Virus record (IMG/VR): IMGVR_UViG_3300034121_001426
Span: 1-61,396 of that record
Reading direction: 5' to 3' (one strand)
DNA length: 61,396 nucleotides
Source: a virus
Lineage: Duplodnaviria; Caudoviricetes
Part shown: piece after piece, positions 10,101-20,759 of the stretch
Layout of the letters: the number at the start of each line of letters is the position of its first letter
How positions within the stretch are numbered: the first letter of the stretch is position 1
Notes under the pieces: model-generated
Told to the model about the DNA's origin: nothing
The model's database searches: none
The model's input: the letters and a program-made list of their open reading frames with translations, nothing else
Translations under genes and position numbers: made by a program

Positions 10101-11411
10101 TTAGTTGATGTAGCTGTCCAGGTAACCTGTGATGTAACCCTGACGATAGCTCTTGCCACCCTCAGCAGCAGCCTCTACATCAAAAGGCCGGCCCAGGCGA
10201 GTGTCCTCAGCAGCATCACCCATGCCATCATCATAACCATTGTCATAACCATGGCGGCTGGTGAAAGCTGGCAGTGGGGCAGTCAGCACCTTGTGGATGG
10301 CTTCGCGCTCAAACTCAGTGTCCCAATCGAATTCATCCACATTGCTGTCGCTGTAGTCCTGGGACTGAACCTGCGGACCATAGCCATTGCACTTGTCGTA
10401 ACCCTCAAAGTATACACGAGCATATTCCACAGCATCACGCATGTTGTTGCCAGTGTAGCGGCGCAGGTTGACATCATCCTTGTTCCAGGCGTCATCAAAG
10501 CCATCCACACGTGCCTGTTGCACAGTGCGATCTTCACCAGCCATGTTGCCACAACGGTTGATCAGCTCACGCACCATGTTGGCTCGATCCTCGGTGCCAA
10601 AGTTCACGCCCAGTACCAGGGTCTTGGTGGCTTCTGTGAGGAACTGGCGGCCCTTGAGGGGTTCTCCCTTGGCAGACACCACAGGAGTGTGTAAGGCCTC
10701 CTTGCGCTCACCATCCTCGTGTTCACCAATCACCTCATAGGTCCAAGCACGGCCCTTGGCATGATCATAATCGCTGGGGATGCTCACCACATCTGCAGGA
10801 TTGACCTTGACAATTACCACGCGACCCTGACCACCATAATAGTAGGGCAGGTAGCTGAGGCTGCAGAAGTGCAGGCCCTGGCTGCAGGTGCGATTACGGT
10901 TGTCATCCACCTTGTTGCGAGGCATGCTGGGCTTGTCGCCCACACGGTTGAGTGTCTTGCCATCATCGTAGAAGCTGCCATAGTCATCACGCACCCGCTT
11001 GTAGGCCAGGAAATAGCCATCCTCAGTGATGGGCAGGCTGGTGCCTTCCAGCCAGTCATAGAGTTCATCCACAGCAGTCTTGCTGGGATTGGCCATGAGG
11101 TTGGCCAGGAACAGGGTAATCGGCTCTGCGTCAAAGCCTTCTGCAACCATGTCCAGGATGCGGCGGGTGACACCATTGCGCAGGATTTCGCCCTGGTAGT
11201 AGACTTCACCATCACGAACCTCGATGTTGCCATCACCAAAGCTTTCCACCGCCTTGGCAGGGTTGAGAAGATTGGGAACGCTATCCCAATCCTTGTTGCG
11301 AATTGCTTCGCGTAGGCCAGCATAGTTGACCATGCCTTCACGAACGGTGTGAGTCACACCATTGTACATCACAGTCACGCTATCCTTGGTTACGATATAA
11401 GGGATAGTCAT
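10101..11411 (-). CDS. rIIB: rIIB-like protein
   Basis: NPSKTAVDELY, LPITEDGYFLAYK, CSQGLHFCS, VKVNPADVVSIP; follows rIIA. Confidence 0.92.
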   Translation of the reverse strand: MTIPYIVTKDSVTVMYNGVTHTVREGMVNYAGLREAIRNKDWDSVPNLLNPAKAVESFGDGNIEVRDGEVYYQGEILRNGVTRRILDMVAEGFDAEPITLFLANLMANPSKTAVDELYDWLEGTSLPITEDGYFLAYKRVRDDYGSFYDDGKTLNRVGDKPSMPRNKVDDNRNRTCSQGLHFCSLSYLPYYYGGQGRVVIVKVNPADVVSIPSDYDHAKGRAWTYEVIGEHEDGERKEALHTPVVSAKGEPLKGRQFLTEATKTLVLGVNFGTEDRANMVRELINRCGNMAGEDRTVQQARVDGFDDAWNKDDVNLRRYTGNNMRDAVEYARVYFEGYDKCNGYGPQVQSQDYSDSNVDEFDWDTEFEREAIHKVLTAPLPAFTSRHGYDNGYDDGMGDAAEDTRLGRPFDVEAAAEGGKSYRQGYITGYLDSYIN

Positions 11412-11455
11412 TTGCCAATTTCTCCTATGTTTTTGGCTGATAACAATAATATAGC

Positions 11456-13621
11456 TTAATTGCCTACTGTGTCAACAAGATTCACGTAGTCCTTGAGCAA
11501 ATTCCAGTGTTGGCCACAACTGGTATCTCGCACAAACTTCACCATCAGGGGGTAGGCGTTCACAGCATCATGGTAGAGCTTGATGAGATCCACACACTGA
11601 TGGGTGACCTTGTCATCCAAGCTGATGCCAAACACATGAGCCAGTTGTCGCAGATCACGCAGGTTGATCTTGCTGTTGACCGTGCTGGCTGTGTGCCAGG
11701 CCCTGGCAAACTCACCCATGGCATTGGGCATGGTGCCAAACAGCCTGAACCAATGGTCTGCCTGGGTAAGAACAATGCTGCCAATGTGGTCACTCTGCTC
11801 ACGAGCATGCACCATTGCAGCAACATTGGTGTTGGCAATCAGCTCAACAACCTTTTCACGCACATGATGGTAGATGTTCTTCCAGTTGGTTTCCTCCTTG
11901 ACCAGCCTGCTGTTGGTCTTGTTGATGCCCCACACCCTGTCATCCTTGTTGATGATGCCCAGGCTCTTGGCACAGTCGATCACAGTGCTGAGGTTGTAGT
12001 TCTGGTCTTCACCAGCTGCTGGGCCCACAATGGCCTCTAGACCACTGAGAGTGCAATAATAGCCTCCCTGGTTGGTGGTGAGTTCTGTTTCAGAGCTCCA
12101 GTTGTCGCTCTTGCGAGGACGCCAGCTGCTGGCCTTGCCAGTCCACACCATGCCCTTGAATTTCATGGCCTTCTTGGGCGGCTTGGGCAGGCTGCTGGCC
12201 AGGATGGTGGGGGGATTGCCCAGATAATCCAGGAGTTTCTTCACCTGCTTGCACTTGGTGGCATCCCAGCCAAACGCACCCTCAATCACCAGGACAGTGT
12301 TGCTGCGATTATAGCTGTCCTTGTCATAAGAGGCCTGCTTGCCACGAGCCACAGCATCGCTGGTATCCTTGAGGATAAAAGTCACCTTGTTGCTGGCTGA
12401 CACCCTGGCAACACTCCGTGCCTTGCTCCACTCGCTCACGTTGTAGACATTGGGAGCAGGATCTGTCTGAGGCTGGCCAACCCACATACCCAGATTGTTC
12501 TGCACACGGGGTGTGGGCACAAACGGCTGGTTCAAGTAAACACTGGTGTCATCACTGATGGCTTTGCCCTGGAACTCAGGAACAAAACCACTCTTGATGA
12601 GAGCATTTAGGATACTGCGGATCTCATGATTGTTGTTGATCTCCGCCATGAGGATGCGAGCTTCCCACAGAGTCTTGGCATTGGCAAACTTGGCACTTAC
12701 AAATGCCTGCAGCTCACGCAGCACCTGATCCAGGCGCTTGTGGATCACATCCACAGTGACTTCATCATAGCTGATGTCTTCACGGCTGGCGCTGACATCC
12801 AGCTCGCCAATGCCAAAATCAATCACCAGGCCCCAGTTGAGCAGGGTATGATACTTGCTGTCCAGCACACTGGCCTTGAGCGGATAGGCCACATTGCCCA
12901 TGAGGGCAAAGGCAGTCTGGTTGCGATAGCCATAACCACCATCATTATTAAGCAGCCGCCAACCCTTGCCCTGCATGTCTGTATTGATGCGGATCTCAGG
13001 CATACGGAAACGGCTGTTGCCGCTCACCACTGGCTTGTGAACAAACCACTTGAGCACCAGCTCTGCCTTTTCACGGAACAGGTCAAAATCAGTGCTCTTG
13101 ACAGGCATGCGAACGCAAACGCCATTGGGCTGATCAGTGAGACTTTCACCCATGGGCACAGCACTGGGTTCGCCTGCCTCGTTGATGAACATGGCATAGC
13201 TCACGGAACGGCCATTGTGGATGGCTGTGACGTCAAATGTGTTGGTGTAGCTGAAGGGGCTCTTGCTGCCCAAGCCCAGGCCACCAATCAGCTCATTTGT
13301 GTGAGTCTTGGTGCTGAGGAAATAGGTGGTGTAGATGCTCATCACCTGTTCGTGACTGAGACCCAAACCATAATCTGTGACACTGAAGTAGGGTTCCATG
13401 TTGTTGGGCAGATGCACATCAAAAGGCACATCCACCTTGCCAGCAGCCACATGGCTGTCCAGAGCATTGCAGCACAGCTCACGGATCACAGCCTTGATCT
13501 TGTCAGGATAGAGGTTGCTGCTGAGAATCTGGAAGGCACGAGCATTGGCCTGAATAGTGAAGCGACGTTCCTCGCCCACATTGCCACGCTCAATTTCTTC
13601 CACTGCCTGGTTGATCTTCAT
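11456..13621 (-). CDS. rIIA: rIIA-like protein (GHKL ATPase N-terminus)
   Basis: LSSNLY, IRELCCNALD, DYGLGLS, GGLGLGSKSPFSY, ASREDISYD. Confidence 0.92.
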   Translation of the reverse strand: MKINQAVEEIERGNVGEERRFTIQANARAFQILSSNLYPDKIKAVIRELCCNALDSHVAAGKVDVPFDVHLPNNMEPYFSVTDYGLGLSHEQVMSIYTTYFLSTKTHTNELIGGLGLGSKSPFSYTNTFDVTAIHNGRSVSYAMFINEAGEPSAVPMGESLTDQPNGVCVRMPVKSTDFDLFREKAELVLKWFVHKPVVSGNSRFRMPEIRINTDMQGKGWRLLNNDGGYGYRNQTAFALMGNVAYPLKASVLDSKYHTLLNWGLVIDFGIGELDVSASREDISYDEVTVDVIHKRLDQVLRELQAFVSAKFANAKTLWEARILMAEINNNHEIRSILNALIKSGFVPEFQGKAISDDTSVYLNQPFVPTPRVQNNLGMWVGQPQTDPAPNVYNVSEWSKARSVARVSASNKVTFILKDTSDAVARGKQASYDKDSYNRSNTVLVIEGAFGWDATKCKQVKKLLDYLGNPPTILASSLPKPPKKAMKFKGMVWTGKASSWRPRKSDNWSSETELTTNQGGYYCTLSGLEAIVGPAAGEDQNYNLSTVIDCAKSLGIINKDDRVWGINKTNSRLVKEETNWKNIYHHVREKVVELIANTNVAAMVHAREQSDHIGSIVLTQADHWFRLFGTMPNAMGEFARAWHTASTVNSKINLRDLRQLAHVFGISLDDKVTHQCVDLIKLYHDAVNAYPLMVKFVRDTSCGQHWNLLKDYVNLVDTVGN

Positions 13622-13689
13622 GTTTTACATGTTCCTGTAGGGTTGTGAATCACAATATACAGTCAACGGACTTTATGTCAATTGGCTTG

Positions 13690-14066
13690 TTAAATTCCCA
13701 GAGCTTCACGCTCTTCCTGAGTCAGCTTGGTCAGCGCACTCTTGCGCAGCATTTCCCTGCGGTGGATTTCATCCTGTTGGAATTGAACATTGTCCAACAG
13801 GCTGGTGACACTATATGCCCACGAGGGGTACATTGCTCTGCATTACCCACCTTGACAACACAGCAGTCCTCTTGGTCGCCCATGAAGCTCACATGCACCC
13901 ACGGTTCATGTTCCTGGGAGTCAACTGTGACTTGCACACCCAATTTTCTGGCGCGAGCCATGTCCTGGAGAACCTTCATGGGAAGGGTGCGAGCCCAATC
14001 CTCCTGAGATTCACGAGCTTCACGAGATTGACGGGCGCGGCGCTGAGTAGCAGTTTCACGGGGCAT
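13690..14066 (-). pseudogene. Frameshifted hypothetical gene
   Basis: Frame changes near 13820; the alternative frame reads VTSLLDNVQFQQ...ALTKLTQEEREALGI*, a typical phage C-terminus. Confidence 0.55.
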
Positions 14067-14118
14067 ATCTCATGTCCTCTCTATGTATGTGGCCATTATA
14101 GCATGAATAGCCACTTTG

Positions 14119-14478
14119 TCAACCAAAAAGTTTGGTGATGAATTCCTCAATGTTTTCAGTGGTGACCGGTTCCCTGTCAAGGCCCGCTAACACCAGCTCA
14201 GCCTTGAGCAGATATTCTTTGTGATCGTGGCCGTTCCAGTTGTGGATACCCTTGTTGACATCATAGTACCAACCGCACCCATCGGTATGGTTCCACCTGC
14301 ACAATTTATCATGCAGCAGGATGGCTAGATTCTTGGCAGGACTGTTGGCAGTGAGCTCCTTGCGAGCTTCTTCCAACTGGGCCTTGCGCGCCTGAATGGT
14401 GCGCTCCAGTTTTGCCAGCTCAGCTTCCTCGGCACTCAGACCCAAGAGACTTTCAGGCACAGGTTTGTTGAGATTCAT
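14119..14478 (-). CDS. Hypothetical early protein
   Basis: AAGGAG RBS, own promoter; LHDKLCRWNHTDGCGW. Confidence 0.75.
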   Translation of the reverse strand: MNLNKPVPESLLGLSAEEAELAKLERTIQARKAQLEEARKELTANSPAKNLAILLHDKLCRWNHTDGCGWYYDVNKGIHNWNGHDHKEYLLKAELVLAGLDREPVTTENIEEFITKLFG

Positions 14479-14877
14479 AACGCCATCTCCTTGCTTTATG
14501 ATGCCATAATAGCATATTAGACTAGTTTGTCAAGCCTTTTTAGGCCACAATGGCGAAGAAAAAGGTGTCCTCAGTGTCTGCATGGCTGCGCACCATGCTG
14601 GCATCTCCACCCAGGTCCTGCACCAGTTCCACCATGACTTGCTGGTCATACATCTGAGTGATGAACCATCGTCCAGCCTCAATCTCTGCCTTGGTGAACA
14701 GCTGGTTGAAGCTGTACATGTCACTGTTGGAAAGGCGGCTCATGCTGGCAAAAACTTGCATCACACTATCCTTTGCTATTGATACCATGATAGCATGATT
14801 GACCACATTGTCAACCACAAAATATCAGGGTGTCTCCACCTTATTGAGCAGAATTGCCAGCACAATTCATCAAATTG

Positions 14878-15258
14878 TCAAGGTAAATTATTGTTGCACA
14901 TATATTTTTCCACAGCATCCTTGGCCTCTTTCAAGCCACATCCTGTGTGTGTCCTCACTTCTTTAATGGCGTTGATCGTCATACCCTTCTTGATCCAATC
15001 AAGGGCAGCAGGAGGAATTTCAATGCCATCCGCCTCCACCCTGGCTACCAGATCATGTGTGAGTTGCTGCATGGTTTTCCTGCTCACAGCATCAAACATC
15101 ATGAGGTCCTTGCAGTCTCTGGCAAGAGCATAGATCTTGTGAGCACCTGTATCTCCCTGTTGAGCCATTAGAGTGCTGATGTCAATGATTTCCAGCAGCT
15201 TTTTCAGCAGCAGTTGTGCTTCATGGTCTTCCAGATTGCCCAAACTGATGTCATTCAT
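14878..15258 (-). CDS. Protein with ribosomal L7/L12 C-terminal-like domain
   Basis: INAIKEVRTHTGCGLKEAKDAVE. Confidence 0.75.
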   Translation of the reverse strand: MNDISLGNLEDHEAQLLLKKLLEIIDISTLMAQQGDTGAHKIYALARDCKDLMMFDAVSRKTMQQLTHDLVARVEADGIEIPPAALDWIKKGMTINAIKEVRTHTGCGLKEAKDAVEKYMCNNNLP

Positions 15259-15425
15259 GTGTGCATCTCCTGTGGTTGTTCTTGGATAACATAGGTTTGC
15301 TTGTGGCCGCGCAAGCTCATCTTGCACACCAATTGCAGTGCCTCAGCATAAACCAATCCCTGTGCCAGGGTAAATTCGTTACCATTGTCGTCAATTCTCA
15401 CCACAAGATAGCTGTTGTCACACAT
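15255..15425 (-). CDS. Small conserved protein
   Basis: Manual translation MCDNSYLVVRIDDNGNEF...RGHKQTYVI; stop overlaps the next start. Confidence 0.55.
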   Translation of the reverse strand: MCDNSYLVVRIDDNGNEFTLAQGLVYAEALQLVCKMSLRGHKQTYVIQEQPQEMHT

Positions 15426-15429
15426 GTGT

Positions 15430-16011
15430 TTACCCCAATAGTTCTTTCAAACTCTTTTGTTGACCAGCAATGGCCTCGAGAGTTTTCAAGCCGCGATCTG
15501 TGACTCTGATCTGCCAAGCGCCATTGTTTTGCTCTTCAGCAAGCACATGTTTGTTGCCTCTCACATACTTCTTGTCACCCACATTTACCAACTGTTTGCG
15601 GATGTTTTCATAACCATCACGTAGTATGTCCTGGCAATCGTCACAGCTGAGATCCACAATTTCATCTTTGACTACCTCTTTGTGTACACTGCTGTGGCTG
15701 ACTTTGTAGATGGTTTGGGTTTTGTCCTTGATGTGACTTTCATCATAGGGAGTATCCAGGATTTCCTGCTTGCTGGAGGCGCCAATGGTGATTGGGCTGT
15801 GAGCTTCCACAGAACGTGTTTTGACTTCACACCCCAGATCAGGAATATCTGCTCCCTTGCCCTGATTCAAGTCATAGCCATTGTCCATGAGCTGTTCTTC
15901 AGCCCAGATACCCACTTTGCCTGGATTGATCCTAGTGCTGGGCACAGGAGTTCCTGGTGTAATACCATGTTTGATCTTGGTGAGCTTGACATGTGCGTTC
16001 ATTTTATGCAA
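15430..16011 (-). CDS. PD-(D/E)xK restriction-like endonuclease
   Basis: GADIPDLGCEVKTRS motif. Confidence 0.5.
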   Translation of the reverse strand: MHKMNAHVKLTKIKHGITPGTPVPSTRINPGKVGIWAEEQLMDNGYDLNQGKGADIPDLGCEVKTRSVEAHSPITIGASSKQEILDTPYDESHIKDKTQTIYKVSHSSVHKEVVKDEIVDLSCDDCQDILRDGYENIRKQLVNVGDKKYVRGNKHVLAEEQNNGAWQIRVTDRGLKTLEAIAGQQKSLKELLG

Positions 16012-16942
16012 CCTTTTCCTTGGCTCTATATACTTTACCGCGCTTTTGTTGTTTGTAGATGTTCATGCTGAGATATTGCCACACAAAGGTGGCTGCTGCC
16101 AGTGCTGTGATCTGACTGTGATCATAGGCAGGAGCAACTTCCACCAGGTCCATGCCGCACCAGTTTAGATGTGGCAAATGGTCCAACACACTGCTCACAT
16201 ACAGGCTGCTGAGACCGCCAATTTCTGGTGTGCCAGTGCCTGGAGCAAAGCTGGGATCCAAACAGTCAATGTCAAAGCTGAGGTAGGTGGGCAACTGTTG
16301 ACCAGTGGCATGCAAAATCATGTCACTGATGGTGATGGGTGTATAGCCTGCTGCCTCTCTGGCTGTGATGGTGGTGCCACCCTGGTTTTTCAGCCAGTAT
16401 CTCACATCCTGCTGCGCAGGTGATCTAATACCAATACTCACACAATGATTGGCGTCCACCAACCCTTCTTCAATGGCATTTCTCAGCCATGTGCCGTGGC
16501 CATATTTCTCACCAAAGTGGTCCTCCCAGGTATCGCAGTGTGCATCAAAATGCACCATGGCCATGGGTCCCACCTGCTTGTGTAGGCTTCTCAAACAGGC
16601 CAGTGTGATGCTGTGATCTCCTCCCAGAGTGATCACATGCTTGTGCTGTTGCACAAACTGACTATGATGATTTTGTATGGCAGCAAGAGCCTGGTTGACA
16701 TTGCCACTCACAATACCCATGTCCCCAGCATCACCCACCATACCATCAAAGCTGGCTGGAAACCACTCATGTTCTCCATCACACAGCATGAGGCTGGCGT
16801 CACGAACAGCACCAGGCCCCATCCTGGACCCGCTTCTGAAGGTGGTGGCACCATCTGTGGGTGCCCCCACTATCACATAGTTTTGATCTTTGAATGGTTC
16901 TACCCCGCAAAATGTTCTGGGTAGCTGAAAAGGCATGTGCAT
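16004..16942 (-). CDS. speB: Agmatinase (ureohydrolase family)
   Basis: GGDHSIT, DAHCD, SFDIDCLDPSFAPGTGTPE, DLVEVAP. Confidence 0.92.
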   Translation of the reverse strand: MHMPFQLPRTFCGVEPFKDQNYVIVGAPTDGATTFRSGSRMGPGAVRDASLMLCDGEHEWFPASFDGMVGDAGDMGIVSGNVNQALAAIQNHHSQFVQQHKHVITLGGDHSITLACLRSLHKQVGPMAMVHFDAHCDTWEDHFGEKYGHGTWLRNAIEEGLVDANHCVSIGIRSPAQQDVRYWLKNQGGTTITAREAAGYTPITISDMILHATGQQLPTYLSFDIDCLDPSFAPGTGTPEIGGLSSLYVSSVLDHLPHLNWCGMDLVEVAPAYDHSQITALAAATFVWQYLSMNIYKQQKRGKVYRAKEKVA

Positions 16943-16944
16943 GG

Positions 16945-17271
16945 TTATTCCTTCTTGCTGGCCATGTAGTTGTCCAAGAGACCCTGGATGTTGGCAGCAC
17001 CTGTGGGGTTGGCACTGTGAACATGAAACTGAAAATCATCAGGCATCAGGATGCCATCCAGATCCAGGTTCACCAGCCACTTGGCAAAATCCATGCCAGT
17101 GGGCTCTTGGTTGCCCAGGTCATGATCAAAGCTGATTATGTTGGGCCATCCCAGATCAGAGATCACATTCACAGCCTCTTGCATGCTGCGACACACAATC
17201 CAATCATCTGGATTGCCCATGTGAACCCCGCTGGGATCACGCACATCATCCAGGAACAGTTTGTAGCTCAT
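16945..17271 (-). CDS. Cyclic-phosphate-processing receiver-like domain protein
   Basis: LFLDDVRDP, ISFDHDLG, HSANPTG. Confidence 0.75.
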   Translation of the reverse strand: MSYKLFLDDVRDPSGVHMGNPDDWIVCRSMQEAVNVISDLGWPNIISFDHDLGNQEPTGMDFAKWLVNLDLDGILMPDDFQFHVHSANPTGAANIQGLLDNYMASKKE

Positions 17272-17860
17272 GATTGATCTCCCATCATTCTTGTATGATA
17301 CATGCTATTGAGAGTATGTCAAACTCCCAATATGGCTCTCACAATGAACTCAAATGCTGCGCCCAAAAATGCTGCTGCTGGAATGGTGAGGAACCAGGCC
17401 ATGTCTTTTTGGTCTCGGAAATACCAGGTCTTGTAAAATCCAGCATTCTCCCAATTGGCCTTGGTACGTTCGGCCCGCCACGTCATGCCAAACCGTCTAT
17501 GCCATTTTTCACAGCACCAATCAAGGGGACGATCGAGATCGTCCCAGGTTTTTCCATGCAGGGTCACTTGCCAATTCATTTGGGTCATCATAAACTCCGA
17601 GAAACTTAGCCTAAACAGCAGTGTAGCTTGGCATCAATCACATGCGTCTACCAACCGAGATCGTCGCCGAGAACAAGATATCGATCTTGGTGAATCTCAT
17701 AGCGTTTTCGTGGCTAGGATATCATACCATTGCCGCCAGGAACAGCCGCCCGATGCGTAAACAGTTGGATAGCCGAAATGATCGTCGACATTGACCGCGG
17801 ATGGTAGCATGGACATTGGTTGGTCTTTCTTGCAATTATTTGATCATGTTACGACAATTG

Positions 17861-17911
17861 GTGAACTACTGTTGGTCTAAAGACACAACAGGCTTCCGCG
17901 TGAAGGCTAAA
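17861..17911 (-). mobile_element. Minimal IS200/IS605 end-fusion element, copy 1
   Basis: tttagccttcacgcggaa-hairpin-tagttcac; hairpin and end nearly identical to the right end at 58309. Confidence 0.65.
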
Positions 17912-17916
17912 ACATG

Positions 17917-18290
17917 TCATCCCCAGGTCAATTGGAAATAAACCTGTGTTTCTAGATCCCAGGGATACTTGATCTTTTGTGATTCCATCCAAGCAGCAAC
18001 AGCATCTGTCAAATCCACTCCGCGGACATACCACACCTGCGTGCCGTCCGCATATATCACGGCAGGCCCATCCAATCGATGGCGTTGGCCATCAACATAC
18101 CACTCCTGCCTGCCATCCGCACGTATCACAGCAGGTCCATCCGATCGATGTAATCGGCCAACTACATACCACTCCTGCCTGCCATTTGGTTGTATCACAG
18201 CAGGTCCATCCGATCGATGTAATCGGCCATCAACATACCACTCCTGCCTGCCATTTGGGTGTATCACAGCAGGTCCATCCGATCGATGGC
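17917..18290 (-). CDS. HRxDGPA 23-aa tandem-repeat protein (5' end probably disrupted)
   Basis: About four 69-bp repeats LHRSDGPAVIxxxGRQEWYVDG; C-terminus FQLTWG. Confidence 0.7.
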
Positions 18291-18307
18291 TGAGTTTCTA
18301 TCATGGC

Positions 18308-18812
18308 GCGAACTACCACGCCCTAAAGGGCTGTGGCTTCCTGCTTCATCGTAGTAGCTTGACATATCTACCATCATTTGGGATCGATGTATATATGAAC
18401 ATGTTGTTGATATCTAAATGATACCGGTGTAGTGTATTTGCGTTTGAACCGCGGAAAACAGCACTTGTTTTCTTGATATTCTTTGACTACACAATCCAAT
18501 TCTTTCAAGCTCTGTTGTAGCAACTGGCTGTGTGTGTCGTTTAACCAAGTGTGTTGTGTTTTGAGTGCTGTGAGTTGCTTGCACATGTCAAACTGCCACA
18601 CAAATGTTTATTAATTGATGTTTATCTTGAGAAAGTGATTATAGAGGAATCGCACTGACCTACCCACAGACGTCATCTGTTGTTCTTGACTTGCGGTAGG
18701 ATAGATGCGATATCTGTATCTCAATTTCATATCATAGCTATTTGTATAATCTATTCAACAGCCGCTATCCATCTAGGGCCTGAAGGCACCTGGCTTTCCG
18801 CGGCATAATTAT
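18308..18812 (-). mobile_element. tnpB: Internally deleted IS200/IS605 tnpB element
   Basis: MKLRYRYRIYPT start at 18730, premature stop, RuvC absent; left-end hairpin ~18760-18805; right end gaagcaggaagcc-hairpin-gtagttcgc at 18350-18308. Confidence 0.8.
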
Positions 18813-18853
18813 AATGGAGCATCGTGGTGGGGAGCTCGCGCTTGATCAACATG

Positions 18854-19042
18854 CTAGGGCGCTTTCGCTGTCGAGCGGCGAATAAGGAGGTCTGGTCGAT
18901 CGATCCCGGTGAGGTTCTTGATTAGCTGCTGGGCCTGGGCCACGGTGTTGGCACCAACGTAGTTGCCCTCATTCTCCAGTTTGTACCAGAGGATCTCCAA
19001 GCGTCGCTGGACCTCCTCGGCTGTAAGAAAGGATTCGCTCAC
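18854..19042 (-). CDS. Hypothetical protein
   Basis: Coupled to the upstream ORF in a high-GC block. Confidence 0.6.
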   Translation of the reverse strand: MSESFLTAEEVQRRLEILWYKLENEGNYVGANTVAQAQQLIKNLTGIDRPDLLIRRSTAKAP

Positions 19043-19347
19043 AGCTTGTATGCCGCCAGCAGCCGCTCACCCACGCCGCTGTCTTCGTTGGACAGGCTCT
19101 CGCGCGGCACGGTGAAAAACAGCTTGGCACGGCCGTCGTGCCGAACGAAGTCCGCGGCCTCGCGCTCGCTGAATGCCACACCCAGGGCGGAGAACGGTCC
19201 GTTGTCCATCCACACCAAGGGGATGCGGCCCTCGCCGATCACCTTCGCCCAGTTGTCACCGGTGATGTCCTCGGACACTACAGGGCGGGCGTTGGCCAGC
19301 AGCCATTCTTCTTTGCTTATCGTGGTCGGGTTAACGTAAAGTCCCAT
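19039..19347 (-). CDS. Hypothetical phage protein
   Basis: AGGAG RBS; VWMDNGPFSALGVAFS; high GC. Confidence 0.7.
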   Translation of the reverse strand: MGLYVNPTTISKEEWLLANARPVVSEDITGDNWAKVIGEGRIPLVWMDNGPFSALGVAFSEREAADFVRHDGRAKLFFTVPRESLSNEDSGVGERLLAAYKL

Positions 19348-19687
19348 GATCGCTTGCTCCTATCGCTGGTTCAGCATAGCACGATGTGGCCACCTGGCTA
19401 CCAAACTGGTCTCGGATTTCCTCGTCGCTTACACCATAATCTTCTCGCACATCATGCAAGAACACAGTGCTGATGGTTTCCTCAGGAAACTCAAGACTAG
19501 GAGCCAAGGTGCGCACAAAATGTGCAATACTGATCTGATGATCAAACTCGGGAGTAAACCCATCCTTGCGAACGCCAGTGTGATGGCTTTTGCCAAACTC
19601 CAGAGCTTCCAGTGCCTGGAACCATTGCCTGCCCTGCGGCCAATAGCGCAGGCTGATTTGTCGTTTTTCCCACTGTTGCAGCGGCAT
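19331..19687 (-). pseudogene. Truncated HD-domain (RelA/SpoT hydrolase-like) protein
   Basis: HTGVRKDGFTPEFDH, LHDVRED, FGSQVA; C-terminal half missing. Confidence 0.7.
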
Positions 19688-19739
19688 TGGTGGTTACTCC
19701 TGTTTCTACATCATCAGCATAGCATGGCTACTGGCATTG

Positions 19740-20054
19740 TCAATGGGTTTTTCGCCAAGTGTCCATGCGCCAGTGTTGAAATTCCATGGGGCTGTGCTTG
19801 GCCAGAATGTGGTAGGCAATCAGGGCATGAGGCTCACCACGCTGCCAGCTCTGATAAAAGGCTTGAACTGCCCTATCATCGCCAGCCAGTTGGGGAACCA
19901 CAACTCCCAGATCAGCAGTGACACCATCAGCATCATCCCAGCGTTGCACCTCAATGGCTGCATGGCAACCTGCATGGCCAGTCTCACTGAGACACCAGCC
20001 CTGCTCTGCTGCCATGATCTGGTAGCAGGGTAGCCAATCATCCAGGTCCCACAT
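19740..20054 (-). CDS. Hypothetical protein
   Basis: 104-aa ORF in a gene-dense context. Confidence 0.55.
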   Translation of the reverse strand: MWDLDDWLPCYQIMAAEQGWCLSETGHAGCHAAIEVQRWDDADGVTADLGVVVPQLAGDDRAVQAFYQSWQRGEPHALIAYHILAKHSPMEFQHWRMDTWRKTH

Positions 20055-20301
20055 GTTCAGCGCACCAACCTGATGCGCAGGGGAGCAAAACCCAACAGCA
20101 TGCTATCGCGCATGGCCGTCAGCATCAGCTGCCAGTCAACTTCCACAGTCTGACAAAAAATCACAAAAAGAGCAAATCCGGCCACATATTCCAGAATGCG
20201 CTTGATAGTAGTGGACTTGGGCATGTTGTGACCCTTCATGTTGCTAAACCTAGTTGATGTGTTCATATTCAGCATTATAGCACAGGTGTATGAGGTGTCA
20301 A

Positions 20302-20649
20302 CTACTTTTTGGGCAAAACCTTCACATGCACCCTGGCCAGTCCCTTGTGTTGGAAACCCAAACGCTGAGCCACAGCCTGACTAACATCCAGTCCTCGGCC
20401 GCGAACATAGGGGCCTCTGTCGTTAACACGAGCCAAGACTTTGCGTTTGCCATGGGTGATCAACACCCTGGTGCCCAGGGGCAATGTGCGATGCGCTACT
20501 GTGAGTTTGCGATGATGGAAGATCTCGCCGCTGGCGGTGGGTCTGCCATTCCAGGCAGCACCATACCAACTGCTGGTGACTGTGGCAGCAGAGGCATCAG
20601 GTATGGCAGCAATCCAAGCAGCAGTCACAAATGCACACAACTTGTTCAT
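20302..20649 (-). CDS. rlpA: RlpA-like lytic transglycosylase (DPBB domain)
   Basis: Signal peptide; SSWYG, TASGE, AHRTLPLGT, RVNDRGPY, LDVSQ. Confidence 0.9.
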   Translation of the reverse strand: MNKLCAFVTAAWIAAIPDASAATVTSSWYGAAWNGRPTASGEIFHHRKLTVAHRTLPLGTRVLITHGKRKVLARVNDRGPYVRGRGLDVSQAVAQRLGFQHKGLARVHVKVLPKK

Positions 20650-20759
20650 GATTGTTTCCTTTGTAGACCGACAATAGCATGAAATCTCCCATTGTCAAGT
20701 GTTATTTTTGCCTGGTTATCACAGTAGTTTTGTTGTATAGACTATTTTTAAATATTTGC

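Noticed and set aside
17600-17815. Possible ncRNA in the ORF-poor gap
   Set aside because: Reads as a frameshifted small gene (ends ATLLFRLSF), so a decayed CDS is more likely
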